Origin: Promethearchaeota archaeon
GTDB taxonomy: Archaea > Asgardarchaeota > Lokiarchaeia > Sigyniarchaeales > SOKP01
Direction: 5' to 3'
Assembly: GCA_048938005.1 (NCBI GenBank)
Contig: JBHLMQ010000015.1
Span: 1-55,962 of the forward strand
Length of the DNA stretch: 55,962 nucleotides
Part shown: positions 20,391 to 29,302 of the stretch, piece after piece
Layout: the number at the start of each line of letters is the position of its first letter
How positions within the stretch are numbered: position 1 is the first letter of the stretch
The notes under the pieces: generated by a model
The model's input: the letters and a program-made list of their open reading frames with translations, nothing else
Told to the model about the DNA's origin: nothing
The model's database searches: none
Translations under genes and position numbers: made by a program

Positions 20391-21140
20391 TTAAATACCT
20401 AATAAAGCGCTCATACTTTTTAAGATGCTATCTATTTCAGTGTCAAATACTTTAACTTGATCGAAAAAAATATTATTTACTTGAAGTAATTGCTTTACAA
20501 CATATTCCGGTGATTGAATAATCTGTTTTGCCAGTTTAATTGATTCATCCAAAACTTCTCCTTTCTCAACTAATTTATTTATAATATTCAACCGATGTGC
20601 TTCCTCAGCGGTGAGAAAAGTCTCTCGAGTTCCTGTATTTAATGTAATTTCTAGAGCTTTTCCACGCCCCACAAGGGTCATATAGGGAAAGAAGAGTGGA
20701 CATGCTCCAAATCTTATCTCAGGATGACCAAAAAGAGCTCCTTTCGAAGCAACCCGAAGGTGACAAATAACAGCTAAGTCAAAAGCTCCCGCTAAAGCGT
20801 ATCCATTTACAGCAGCAATTAGTAATTTAGGAAATTCGAATAAAGTTTGATGAAAAAGATGATTGGAATCGATAAATTGCTGATAATCACCTTTTCCTTG
20901 GACAACGGCTTGTACTTCATCTCTATCAAATCCTGCTGAGAAAAATTCCTCCCCTCCATAAATGATTACAGCTTTTACTCTTTTTTCTTCTTTTAATGAA
21001 TTTAATGCATCTATTACCTCAGCTCTCATAGCCTCGCTTAGGGCATTTTTCTTTTCTGGACGATTAAAATTTATAATCGCAATTTTGCCCTTCCTCTCAA
21101 TATTGATAAGTTCATAATTCTTAATTTCCATATTTTTCAA
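20391..21140 (-). CDS. Enoyl-CoA hydratase/isomerase (crotonase) family
   Basis: NRPEKKNALS, FSAGFD, AAVNGYALAG, FGHPE; start may be ATG 21131. Confidence 0.88.
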   Translation of the reverse strand: MKNMEIKNYELINIERKGKIAIINFNRPEKKNALSEAMRAEVIDALNSLKEEKRVKAVIIYGGEEFFSAGFDRDEVQAVVQGKGDYQQFIDSNHLFHQTLFEFPKLLIAAVNGYALAGAFDLAVICHLRVASKGALFGHPEIRFGACPLFFPYMTLVGRGKALEITLNTGTRETFLTAEEAHRLNIINKLVEKGEVLDESIKLAKQIIQSPEYVVKQLLQVNNIFFDQVKVFDTEIDSILKSMSALLGI

Positions 21141-21250
21141 CTCAATAATTATATTTTGAATTAATTAATGATTAGATATACATCTTTAAATTTATTTTAC
21201 TAAAATTATTAAATTAAAATAATTTTGAAAATTTATTTAAAATTAATATT

Positions 21251-21493
21251 ATGAAACCCCCCGTATGTAGAATATGTGATAAGAAATTAGCAGATATGAA
21301 TGATGGTGGTTTAATATATTTTAAAAAACGCCCTTCCGATCTAGAATGGGAAAAAAGAATGGAAGAAATTGGTGGTGTAGGACATCCACCATATGCAGAA
21401 TGGTTCTGTAAAAAACATTACGAGAAGGCAAATGAGTTAAAACAATTATCTATTGATAAGGCTTTAAGAATTTTAATATCTAGAGAGACCTAA
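21251..21493 (+). CDS. Small hypothetical protein, putative Zn-binding
   Basis: CRIC..GHP..WFCKKH motif, ATG start. Confidence 0.65.
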   Translation: MKPPVCRICDKKLADMNDGGLIYFKKRPSDLEWEKRMEEIGGVGHPPYAEWFCKKHYEKANELKQLSIDKALRILISRET

Positions 21494-21622
21494 CTATTTT
21501 TTATTCTTATTGACATTAATTTTTTAGAAGGGTGCTCTTAGATTTCTATGCAATTTTGGCATTTTATTTTATATAAGTTGAAAGTTTTAATATGTTAGAT
21601 TTTATCATTCGAATGGTAAAAG

Positions 21623-22429
21623 ATGAATTTAACAGAAGAACAGATTAATAGATATTCACGTCAAATTGTTTTAAAGGAAATTGGAGGTATAGGTCAAAAA
21701 AGATTATTAGATTCAAAAATCACCTTAGTAGGGTTAGGAGCTCTTGGATCACCTGTTGCATATTACTTAGTTGCTGCGGGAATTGGCAATTTAAAAGTTA
21801 TTGATTACGATTCAGTTGAACTATCAAATTTGCATAGACAAATTCTCCATTTCACAAAGGACATTAATCGAATGAAAACAGAGAGTGCCGTTGAAAAACT
21901 TAATGGATTAAATCCAGACTGTAATATTGAAATTTTTCCAGAGAAAATCACACCAGATAATGCGAAAGAGATACTTAAAAACTCAGATTTCGTCATAGAA
22001 GGTTCTGATAATTTCCCTACCAAGATGTTGATTAATGATGCATGTGTTTATCTAAAAATACCATTTACTATAGCAGGAGTTCTAAGATTTCATGGCCAGA
22101 TAATGACTGTAGTTTCAGAAGAAAAAACTGCTTGTTATAGATGTCTTTTTGGAGACATTACTGATGTTCCTAGGGGAATGTCATGTTCGGAAGCAGGAGT
22201 TATAGGATTAATTCCAGGGATTCTAGGGTGTATAGAAGCAAATGAAGCAATTAAATGTGTTTTAAACATAGGAGATTTAATTATAAATAAGATTTTGTAT
22301 GTAGATCTTTTACGTAATGCCTTTAATTTTATCGATATTTATAGAGATGATAATTGTTTAGCTTGTGGGGAAAATGCTCAAGATTTGGTTGAAACTTACA
22401 ATTATAGGATTGAGGAGGTATGTCATTAA
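21623..22429 (+). CDS. MoeB/ThiF/UbaA E1-like adenylyltransferase
   Basis: RYSRQ, GLGALG, SNLHRQ, CYRC, catalytic C in SCSEAG, C-terminal CLAC. Confidence 0.92.
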   Translation: MNLTEEQINRYSRQIVLKEIGGIGQKRLLDSKITLVGLGALGSPVAYYLVAAGIGNLKVIDYDSVELSNLHRQILHFTKDINRMKTESAVEKLNGLNPDCNIEIFPEKITPDNAKEILKNSDFVIEGSDNFPTKMLINDACVYLKIPFTIAGVLRFHGQIMTVVSEEKTACYRCLFGDITDVPRGMSCSEAGVIGLIPGILGCIEANEAIKCVLNIGDLIINKILYVDLLRNAFNFIDIYRDDNCLACGENAQDLVETYNYRIEEVCH

Positions 22430-22460
22430 AAAATATAGAAAGTGGTGATCCCCCTAAAGC

Positions 22461-22697
22461 ATGACTACAAAAAAAATTGATATCAAGGGGCATATTTGTC
22501 CAATGACTTTTGTTTATACAAAATTAGCACTTGAAGAATTAAATAAAGATGACATATTAGAAGTTGAATTGAACTTCCGTCCTGCTATTAAAAATATTCC
22601 TGAAAATTGTAAACGGCAAAGCCTAGCTGAATTAATAGAAATAAGAGAAATAAATACAAATGAGGAAATTTTTGAACTAGTATTAAAAAAGCTTTGA
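22461..22697 (+). CDS. tusA: TusA/SirA sulfurtransferase
   Basis: DIKGHICPMT motif, 78 aa; SD GGTGA upstream. Confidence 0.85.
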   Translation: MTTKKIDIKGHICPMTFVYTKLALEELNKDDILEVELNFRPAIKNIPENCKRQSLAELIEIREINTNEEIFELVLKKL

Positions 22698-22747
22698 ATT
22701 CGTAAACTTATTTTTCTAAATTTGGATTTAATAATTATTTAATTTAT

Positions 22748-23677
22748 TTAATCTTGAAAAAGATCTGTTGATAAATACCGTTCACCAGTATCAGGTAAAA
22801 TAATAACAATATTATCTCCTTCTTTAAAATTGTTTGAGACTATATAGATACCAGCCCAAACCGCCGCTCCAGCAGAAACTCCAACAAAGATTCCTTCAGA
22901 CTTTGCTAATTTTCTTGTTGTTTCTACAGCATCTTCATATCGGACTTGGATGACATCATCATAAATACCTGTGTTTAGTACATCAGGCACAAAACCAGCT
23001 CCAATACCTTGGATTTTGTGCGGTCCAGGACTTCCCCCCGATAATACTGGAGAATCTATTGGTTCTACAGCATAAATTTTTACATGATCTCCTATTTTTT
23101 GTTTAAGAACTTCACCTACACCTGTTATTGTACCCCCAGTTCCTATCCCTGCCACAAACCCATCTATTTTACCGTCTAGATCATCTATAATCTCTTCTGC
23201 CGTAGTTTGTCTATGAATTTCAGGGTTGGCTTCATTTTTAAATTGTTGAGGAATATATATCTTATCATTATCTTTAGCTAAATCTTCTGCCTTTTCAATT
23301 GCTCCTTTCATTCCTTTATCCGCAGGAGTTAAAACTAATTCTGCTCCAAATGCTTTTAAGATTTTTCTTCTCTCTATAGACATACTATCTGGCATTGTGA
23401 GAATCAATTTATAATTTTTGGCTGCACAAACTAAAGCTAAACCAATACCAGTATTACCTGAGGTAGGTTCAACAATAGTGGTATATTTGTCAATTATATT
23501 AGCTTTTTCAGCTGCCTCTATCATTGATATGCAAATTCTATCTTTAACACTTGCACCAGGATTGAAAGCTTCAATTTTAACAAAAATATTTGGCTTAACT
23601 CCTTCAGTAATTCTATTAAGTCTTACTAAAGGTGTATTTCCTATTGTTTCAATAATATTATTAAATATTCTTCCCAC
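22748..23677 (-). CDS. cysK: Cysteine synthase A (O-acetylserine sulfhydrylase)
   Basis: IGNTPLV, SVKDR PLP lysine, PTSGNTG, GTGGT, HKIQGIG, DTGERYLST. Confidence 0.93.
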   Translation of the reverse strand: MGRIFNNIIETIGNTPLVRLNRITEGVKPNIFVKIEAFNPGASVKDRICISMIEAAEKANIIDKYTTIVEPTSGNTGIGLALVCAAKNYKLILTMPDSMSIERRKILKAFGAELVLTPADKGMKGAIEKAEDLAKDNDKIYIPQQFKNEANPEIHRQTTAEEIIDDLDGKIDGFVAGIGTGGTITGVGEVLKQKIGDHVKIYAVEPIDSPVLSGGSPGPHKIQGIGAGFVPDVLNTGIYDDVIQVRYEDAVETTRKLAKSEGIFVGVSAGAAVWAGIYIVSNNFKEGDNIVIILPDTGERYLSTDLFQD

Positions 23678-23710
23678 ACTTTTTACCTCTTTTACTTTTT
23701 ATAATTGTAT

Positions 23711-24550
23711 CTAAATACCATGCCCATTATAACCAAAATAAAGTTCGATATCATTCTCTTTTTTATTGGATTCAATACTTAATTTATTTTCTAGAAATTC
23801 AATTCTTTCAGTTAATTTAGAAAGCGTTATAGCTAATGGATCAGGTAAATCTCCATGAGATAAATCAATCTTTTTTATTATTTTTCCCTCTTGAGATATA
23901 ATTTTTCCAGGAACGCCGACTACTACCGAATTTGAGGGTACATCCTTAACAACCACAGAGTTAGCTCCAATTTTCACATTATCTCCAATTGTTATGGGTC
24001 CTAATAACTTCGCGCCTGTACCAACAACTATATTGTTGCCTAATGTTGGGTGTCTTTTAACTGGGTCTATCATTGTCCCTCCTAGAACTACTCCCTGATA
24101 AATAGTCACATTATTCCCTATCTTTGCTGTTTCTCCTATTACAACACCACCTCCATGGTCTATAAAAAAATCCTTACCGATATCAGCACCGGGATGAATT
24201 TCTATTCCAGTAAGTTCCCTTGAAATTTCTGAAAGATACCTTGGCATAAATGGCATTTTGATTTTCCAAAAAAAATGAGCTATACGATGTAATAATATAG
24301 CTTTAATTCCAGGATAACTTGTTAAGACTTCTAAGAGAGATTGAGCAGCAGGATCCTTATTAAAGGCAGCACTCACATCAGATACAAAAAAATCCAAGAT
24401 CTTCTGTAAGTTTTGATCTACCTCTTCACGATTTAACTCTTCAAGTCGAAAATCTAATTTTAAAATGCACTCAGCACAAAAATTATAATGATTTTTCTCT
24501 TTGAGCCCTAAAGTTTTACCACAATTTAGACAATTTAAAAAATCTTCCAT
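23711..24550 (-). CDS. cysE: Serine O-acetyltransferase with N-terminal Cys4 extension
   Basis: [25 protein letters not shown], hexapeptide repeats; N-terminal CLNC..CAEC. Confidence 0.92.
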   Translation of the reverse strand: MEDFLNCLNCGKTLGLKEKNHYNFCAECILKLDFRLEELNREEVDQNLQKILDFFVSDVSAAFNKDPAAQSLLEVLTSYPGIKAILLHRIAHFFWKIKMPFMPRYLSEISRELTGIEIHPGADIGKDFFIDHGGGVVIGETAKIGNNVTIYQGVVLGGTMIDPVKRHPTLGNNIVVGTGAKLLGPITIGDNVKIGANSVVVKDVPSNSVVVGVPGKIISQEGKIIKKIDLSHGDLPDPLAITLSKLTERIEFLENKLSIESNKKENDIELYFGYNGHGI

Positions 24551-24651
24551 TTTCTACTATATTTTTCAAATGGTTTATTAGGTGGAAAAGAAAATAATGG
24601 AATAAATAATTAAGTGCAATTTTTACATCTATTTTTAAAATAGGAGTTGCA

Positions 24652-24939
24652 CTATCCTCCAGCAATAGCAGGTAGAAAAGAAATTTCATCACCATCTCTA
24701 ATAATGGTATTTAATCCTTCAAATTTACGAATATCCTCTCCATTTAACCCTAAAATAATATATTTACTTAATTTACCTTCTGCGCTAAATATATTCTCTT
24801 CAAAATTTTTTCCAAACAATGAATTAAGTCTCATTAGGAAATCTTTAATTGTTAAAGCGTTATCAAAAGATAAAGATATTTCTTCTTTACCTATTATATC
24901 CACTAATAAAGATAAAAAAGAAGCTTTTATATGTATCAA
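24652..24939 (-). CDS. MoaD/SAMP/Urm1-like ubiquitin-fold sulfur carrier
   Basis: 95 aa, LNGEDI..GL.T...DGDEISFLPAIAGG with C-terminal GG. Confidence 0.9.
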   Translation of the reverse strand: MIHIKASFLSLLVDIIGKEEISLSFDNALTIKDFLMRLNSLFGKNFEENIFSAEGKLSKYIILGLNGEDIRKFEGLNTIIRDGDEISFLPAIAGG

Positions 24940-25075
24940 ACCAAAATCCTTTAAAATTTAAAATTCAGTTTCATTAGATTAATAATAATATCCATAAAAA
25001 TATAGAATTTATTTATTTGGATTATAAATTTTAAAAATTATTGTAATTTTTGTTGATATTCAATAACTTATTTAA

Positions 25076-26026
25076 GTGATACTTATTAAAAAAAACGAAT
25101 TAAACATTGGACATCTATCAACTGCTTATCATACGAATTATATCTTGATGGAAACTGAGGACTTAAGAAAAGATTTAAAAATAGATATAAATTGGATCCT
25201 ATTTGGAACAGGCCCGGCAATGGTTAATGCATTTAAAGAAGGAAAATTAGATATTGGTTATATGGGTTTACCCCCTGCAATTATAGGAATTGATCAAGGA
25301 GTTCCAATCAAATGTGTAGCAGGAGGGCATGTTGAGGGAACTATAATGGTTGCTAAAAAGGGATATAACTCAGTACAACAATTAGATAATGACATAAATA
25401 GAGTTTTTTCTCAATTTAAAGGTAAAGCTATAGGTGTTCCAAGTAAAGGTTCTATTCATGATGTTATATTAATTTATTATTTAGAAAAATATGGTTTATT
25501 AAATGTTATCACAGTTAAAAATTATGAACAAGCTGAATTTATAGCTATGGATATGAAAAAAGGGATTTTAGAGGCAGGAGTTGGAACTCCTGCTTTAGCT
25601 GTTTTTACATCAACTATTTTAGAATCCCATCTTATTATTGAAGCTAAAGATTTATGGTCGTATAATCCTAGTTATGGAATATTTGTACATAAAAAACTCA
25701 TACAAGATAATCCTGATATAGTAATTCAATTTCTAAAACATCATAAATCTGCTTCCAATCTACTTCGAAATTCACCATTAATAGCTGCTGAAAAAATTTC
25801 TAAAACATTTGAAATACTTGATAAAGATTATGCAGAGTTAGTTTTAAAAATATCTCCAAAATATTGTATATCTCTCTCAGAAGGTTATGTAAAAGCTACA
25901 AAGAAATTCGTTAAGACTCTCTATGATTTAGGATACATAAAAAAGAATCTTAAAGTAAAAGACATTTTTGAATTTAAGTTTGTCAATAAAATACATCCAG
26001 AGCCAGAACATTATTCAATAAATTAA
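25076..26026 (+). CDS. NMT1/SsuA/TauA-type substrate-binding protein
   Basis: FGTGPAM, GKLDIGYMG.PP, KGKAIGVP..GSIHD; no obvious signal peptide and no adjacent ABC permease. Confidence 0.75.
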   Translation: MILIKKNELNIGHLSTAYHTNYILMETEDLRKDLKIDINWILFGTGPAMVNAFKEGKLDIGYMGLPPAIIGIDQGVPIKCVAGGHVEGTIMVAKKGYNSVQQLDNDINRVFSQFKGKAIGVPSKGSIHDVILIYYLEKYGLLNVITVKNYEQAEFIAMDMKKGILEAGVGTPALAVFTSTILESHLIIEAKDLWSYNPSYGIFVHKKLIQDNPDIVIQFLKHHKSASNLLRNSPLIAAEKISKTFEILDKDYAELVLKISPKYCISLSEGYVKATKKFVKTLYDLGYIKKNLKVKDIFEFKFVNKIHPEPEHYSIN

Positions 26027-26265
26027 AACTTTACTAGTAATCTTGTAAGACAAGAAAAAGGAAAAAAGGAAACAAATATATCCTGATATAATAAAATAAG
26101 GAGAGATTTATTTTCTTATAAATTTTTATTAAGGGCGGAATCTCTTAAAAGATTGAATAATTTAATTTCCTTTTAAATAATAATGGTTAGAATTTCATAT
26201 ATAAAATTAAATGCAAATATTACATTAATCTTTAATATAATGATTCTATTTAATCGAATTTAATT

Positions 26266-26895
26266 ATGAAATTGAATATTTCTAATAAGACACAAAAAAT
26301 ATTAATAATATCAGGAGTTATTGGTCCTATTTTTTTTTTCATCCTTTTAACTATTCTTGGATTAATGTGGGATGGTTATAATCCCATATCAACAGGGATG
26401 AGTGAGATTGGAGCAGTGGATTCCCCTTTTAAAAATATAATGAATTATTTGGGTTTTTCCTTATTAGGAATTTTTATAGTAATATTTAGTATTGGTTTCA
26501 AGGTCTATTTCAAAAAGAATCTTCAAATGAAAATTGCATTTATTTTATTGTTAATTGGAGGCATTTTTATGTTTTCAGTTGGATTTTTCCCTTGTGATCC
26601 TCAATGCATTGATATTACACTGACTGGAAAACTTCACTCCTTAACAAGTACAATTCCAGCAATATTAATTCCTATATCTGCAATGTTTTCTGCTTATCCA
26701 ATCTCAAGATTTTGGCAAAATAAATGGGGTTATAGTTCATTTTTCCTTGGTGCTTTATCATTGGTATGTGGACCAATTATGTTTATTGAAGGATTAACTA
26801 TCTACTCAGGTTTGATTCAGAGATTAGGAACAGGATTATCTCTTCTGTGGATTTTTCTGGTATCATTAAAAATAAATAAAGAGATACGTCTTTAA
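26266..26895 (+). CDS. DUF998-family membrane protein
   Basis: GYNP....MSEIGA..SP, FPCD, LH, GLIQR. Confidence 0.8.
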   Translation: MKLNISNKTQKILIISGVIGPIFFFILLTILGLMWDGYNPISTGMSEIGAVDSPFKNIMNYLGFSLLGIFIVIFSIGFKVYFKKNLQMKIAFILLLIGGIFMFSVGFFPCDPQCIDITLTGKLHSLTSTIPAILIPISAMFSAYPISRFWQNKWGYSSFFLGALSLVCGPIMFIEGLTIYSGLIQRLGTGLSLLWIFLVSLKINKEIRL

Positions 26896-27047
26896 CCACT
26901 AAGGAATATATCGACATGATAAGAATATAACAAGAAAACTGAAACTATTTAATTTTGGGTTTTAGAAATAAATGTAAAAGAGATTCCTTTTTTTCTGGAT
27001 TTTGTTTTATTGTATCTTTTTATGGTAAGTATTCTTGTATTTATATT

Positions 27048-27611
27048 ATGGGATTAGATAACATAGATAAGCAAATCATTAATGCTTTATATGATAAAGG
27101 ACGTGAAAGTTTAATTAGTATAGGCGAAAAAGTATTCAAATCAGATAAAGATATAATGAGCCATGCTGGTGTTAGAAAAAGAATTGTAAAAATGGAAGAT
27201 TCAGAGATTCTCAAAGTCCAAGGTAACATCAATATTAACGCTCTAAACTATAAAGCATGCTTAATTCTTCTAGAAATGAAAAATTATGATGAAGTAAAAA
27301 AGATTATTAGCGCATATTCCGATTGCCCAAGAGTCTTTTTACTTGCCCAAATTACCGGACATTATAACTTAATAATGGGAATAATAGGTCAAAGTATAGA
27401 TGTTTTACATAGATATATTAACTACTGTGGCCCCACTAATAAAGAAGGGATATTACATTCTGAAATCCTTTTTATTTCAAAGTTAAAAGCCCCGGAATAT
27501 CTACCTCTAAACCTTTTTAGCAAAAAAAGTCAAGAAGCTAAATGTGGGAACATATGTAAAGATTGTGAAGCTTTTTTGGACGGTAAATGTGATGGATGCG
27601 GTAATTTTTAA
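27048..27611 (+). CDS. Lrp/AsnC-family regulator with C-terminal Cys-rich tail
   Basis: ATG 27048 gives MGLDNIDKQII..L...GR, HTH, TGHYNL AsnC-like domain; tail CGNICKDC..CDGC. Confidence 0.8.
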   Translation: MGLDNIDKQIINALYDKGRESLISIGEKVFKSDKDIMSHAGVRKRIVKMEDSEILKVQGNININALNYKACLILLEMKNYDEVKKIISAYSDCPRVFLLAQITGHYNLIMGIIGQSIDVLHRYINYCGPTNKEGILHSEILFISKLKAPEYLPLNLFSKKSQEAKCGNICKDCEAFLDGKCDGCGNF

Positions 27612-27813
27612 AATTATTATTATTGGAAAGCGAGAAAGAAAGTTTTAAGAAAGTTTCAATTTGAAACTAATTATTAAATCTTGTATTAAATTGAAACTAA
27701 CATTGATTCTATCGTTTAATTTAATCAAAATCCAAAATACTTATATAATAGTAAAGTGTATTATAATTTGAGAATTTTCCTAAATAATTTTAATCTCTTG
27801 AAGGGAAAAATAT

Positions 27814-28071
27814 ATGATTGTGGAAGATAAATATTTTGTATCAAATTATGAAGAAAAACTTAATTTGTATTCTCTATCTCCATCAAGCAAATTTATATTA
27901 TATTTATTAAAACAAAGGGGACCATTAAGTCAAATTGATATATTAAAGAAAACGCTTCTCCCTAAACGTACAGTTGCATACGCTTTAAAAAGACTTCAAG
28001 AAAATCATTTTATTCAAAAATCAAAAGCTAAGGCTGATAAGCGTGTAAGTATTTTTGAAATCTTAATTTAA
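27814..28071 (+). CDS. MarR-like winged-helix DNA-binding protein
   Basis: LSPSSKFILYLL..GPLSQ..I..T.LP.RTV.YAL..L, DKR wing. Confidence 0.8.
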   Translation: MIVEDKYFVSNYEEKLNLYSLSPSSKFILYLLKQRGPLSQIDILKKTLLPKRTVAYALKRLQENHFIQKSKAKADKRVSIFEILI

Positions 28072-28643
28072 TTGAATTTTTTATAATTCCTCCCAATTTT
28101 ATATGCTTTTCCAATTTCTTGACCTAAACTCCAATATGTTCTATTCGAAGTTGAATAGGTTATGGGATTTATTTTTTTTATATCTGGAATTTCATTTGTA
28201 AAACAATCTTTACTAATATAGGTATCTATTATCTGCCCGATATAAAGATCCTTTTTACTTGCAAGTTCTACATTCTTTACTACTTTACATGCATGATTAA
28301 CGGACGCTTCACTTATTAAAGGTGCATTTTTCAGATCTCCAAAAAACACATTAAAAATTTCTGACTTGTCAATTTCTTTTCCTGATTTAATACCAATAAA
28401 GTCAGTAACTTCTACCATTTGCACTGAAGGGATATTAATACTAAATTCCATATTCTTTCGAATACCTTTTGTTGTGTGATGACTTGGACCACATTCAATT
28501 GAAATCATAGGGGGAGTAAGATTTACAACTCCACAGAATGCAATTGTACAATAATTTGGCTTTCCATCAACCATCGATCCTACAATAACTACTGGCGTTG
28601 GATATAATAAGGTTCTTGGCTTTGGTAATCGTTTCTTTCCCAT
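28068..28643 (-). CDS. Flavin reductase-like protein (flavoredoxin family)
   Basis: YPTPVVIVG, GKPN, EFSINIP, SG...DK, APLI.E. Confidence 0.85.
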   Translation of the reverse strand: MGKKRLPKPRTLLYPTPVVIVGSMVDGKPNYCTIAFCGVVNLTPPMISIECGPSHHTTKGIRKNMEFSINIPSVQMVEVTDFIGIKSGKEIDKSEIFNVFFGDLKNAPLISEASVNHACKVVKNVELASKKDLYIGQIIDTYISKDCFTNEIPDIKKINPITYSTSNRTYWSLGQEIGKAYKIGRNYKKFN

Positions 28644-28848
28644 TTTTTCAACCTTAAGTTATATGTTCAAGTACTTTTAATTATATTGCTTATTTTTTTA
28701 AGAATTATTTAAAAAAAACCGCAAACCTTGCACCTATATTTTAAATTTTGAAACTGAATATCTCAAAAAACTTGATTTTTAAAATTTGTCAAGATTTATC
28801 GTTCACAGAATAGACAGAATAAGATTTTTTTATTTAGAATTAAAGATT

Positions 28849-29283
28849 TTAATGTTTAAAAGGACCTAGTTTCTTAATTTGGTTAGTAAATTCTGTTATA
28901 ACTTCAGCAAACCTTTTTCCTTCAGATGCACTAACCCATTCTAACCGAACACGTTTTGGATCTATGCCTAATTGTTTGATTAAAATGTTATGTAAACGTT
29001 CAAATCGTTCTTGTGTATATTCGTTTCCAGAAATATAATGGCAATCTCCTATATGGCATCCACTTACAAGGACTCCATCAGCACCATTCTTTAGAGCTTT
29101 TAAAACAAAAGAAGGGTCTACTCTTCCAGAACACATTACCCTTATTACTCTAATATTTGGAGGATATTGGAATCGTGAAACCCCTGCTAGATCTGCTCCA
29201 GCATAGCTACACCAATTACAACAAAATACGAGAATATTTGGTTCATATCCTTCTTGTTTTGCTTTCTTTTTTGACTTTGACAT
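28849..29283 (-). CDS. mvhD: MvhD-type [2Fe-2S] subunit (Cys form), copy 1
   Basis: [36 protein letters not shown]. Confidence 0.92.
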   Translation of the reverse strand: MSKSKKKAKQEGYEPNILVFCCNWCSYAGADLAGVSRFQYPPNIRVIRVMCSGRVDPSFVLKALKNGADGVLVSGCHIGDCHYISGNEYTQERFERLHNILIKQLGIDPKRVRLEWVSASEGKRFAEVITEFTNQIKKLGPFKH

Positions 29284-29302
29284 GATTTATCCACATTCTA
29301 TT

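Noticed and set aside
22695-22697. tusA terminal TGA as a Sec codon
   Set aside because: The protein is already full length, the position is not a conserved Cys, and no SECIS-like hairpin was seen downstream
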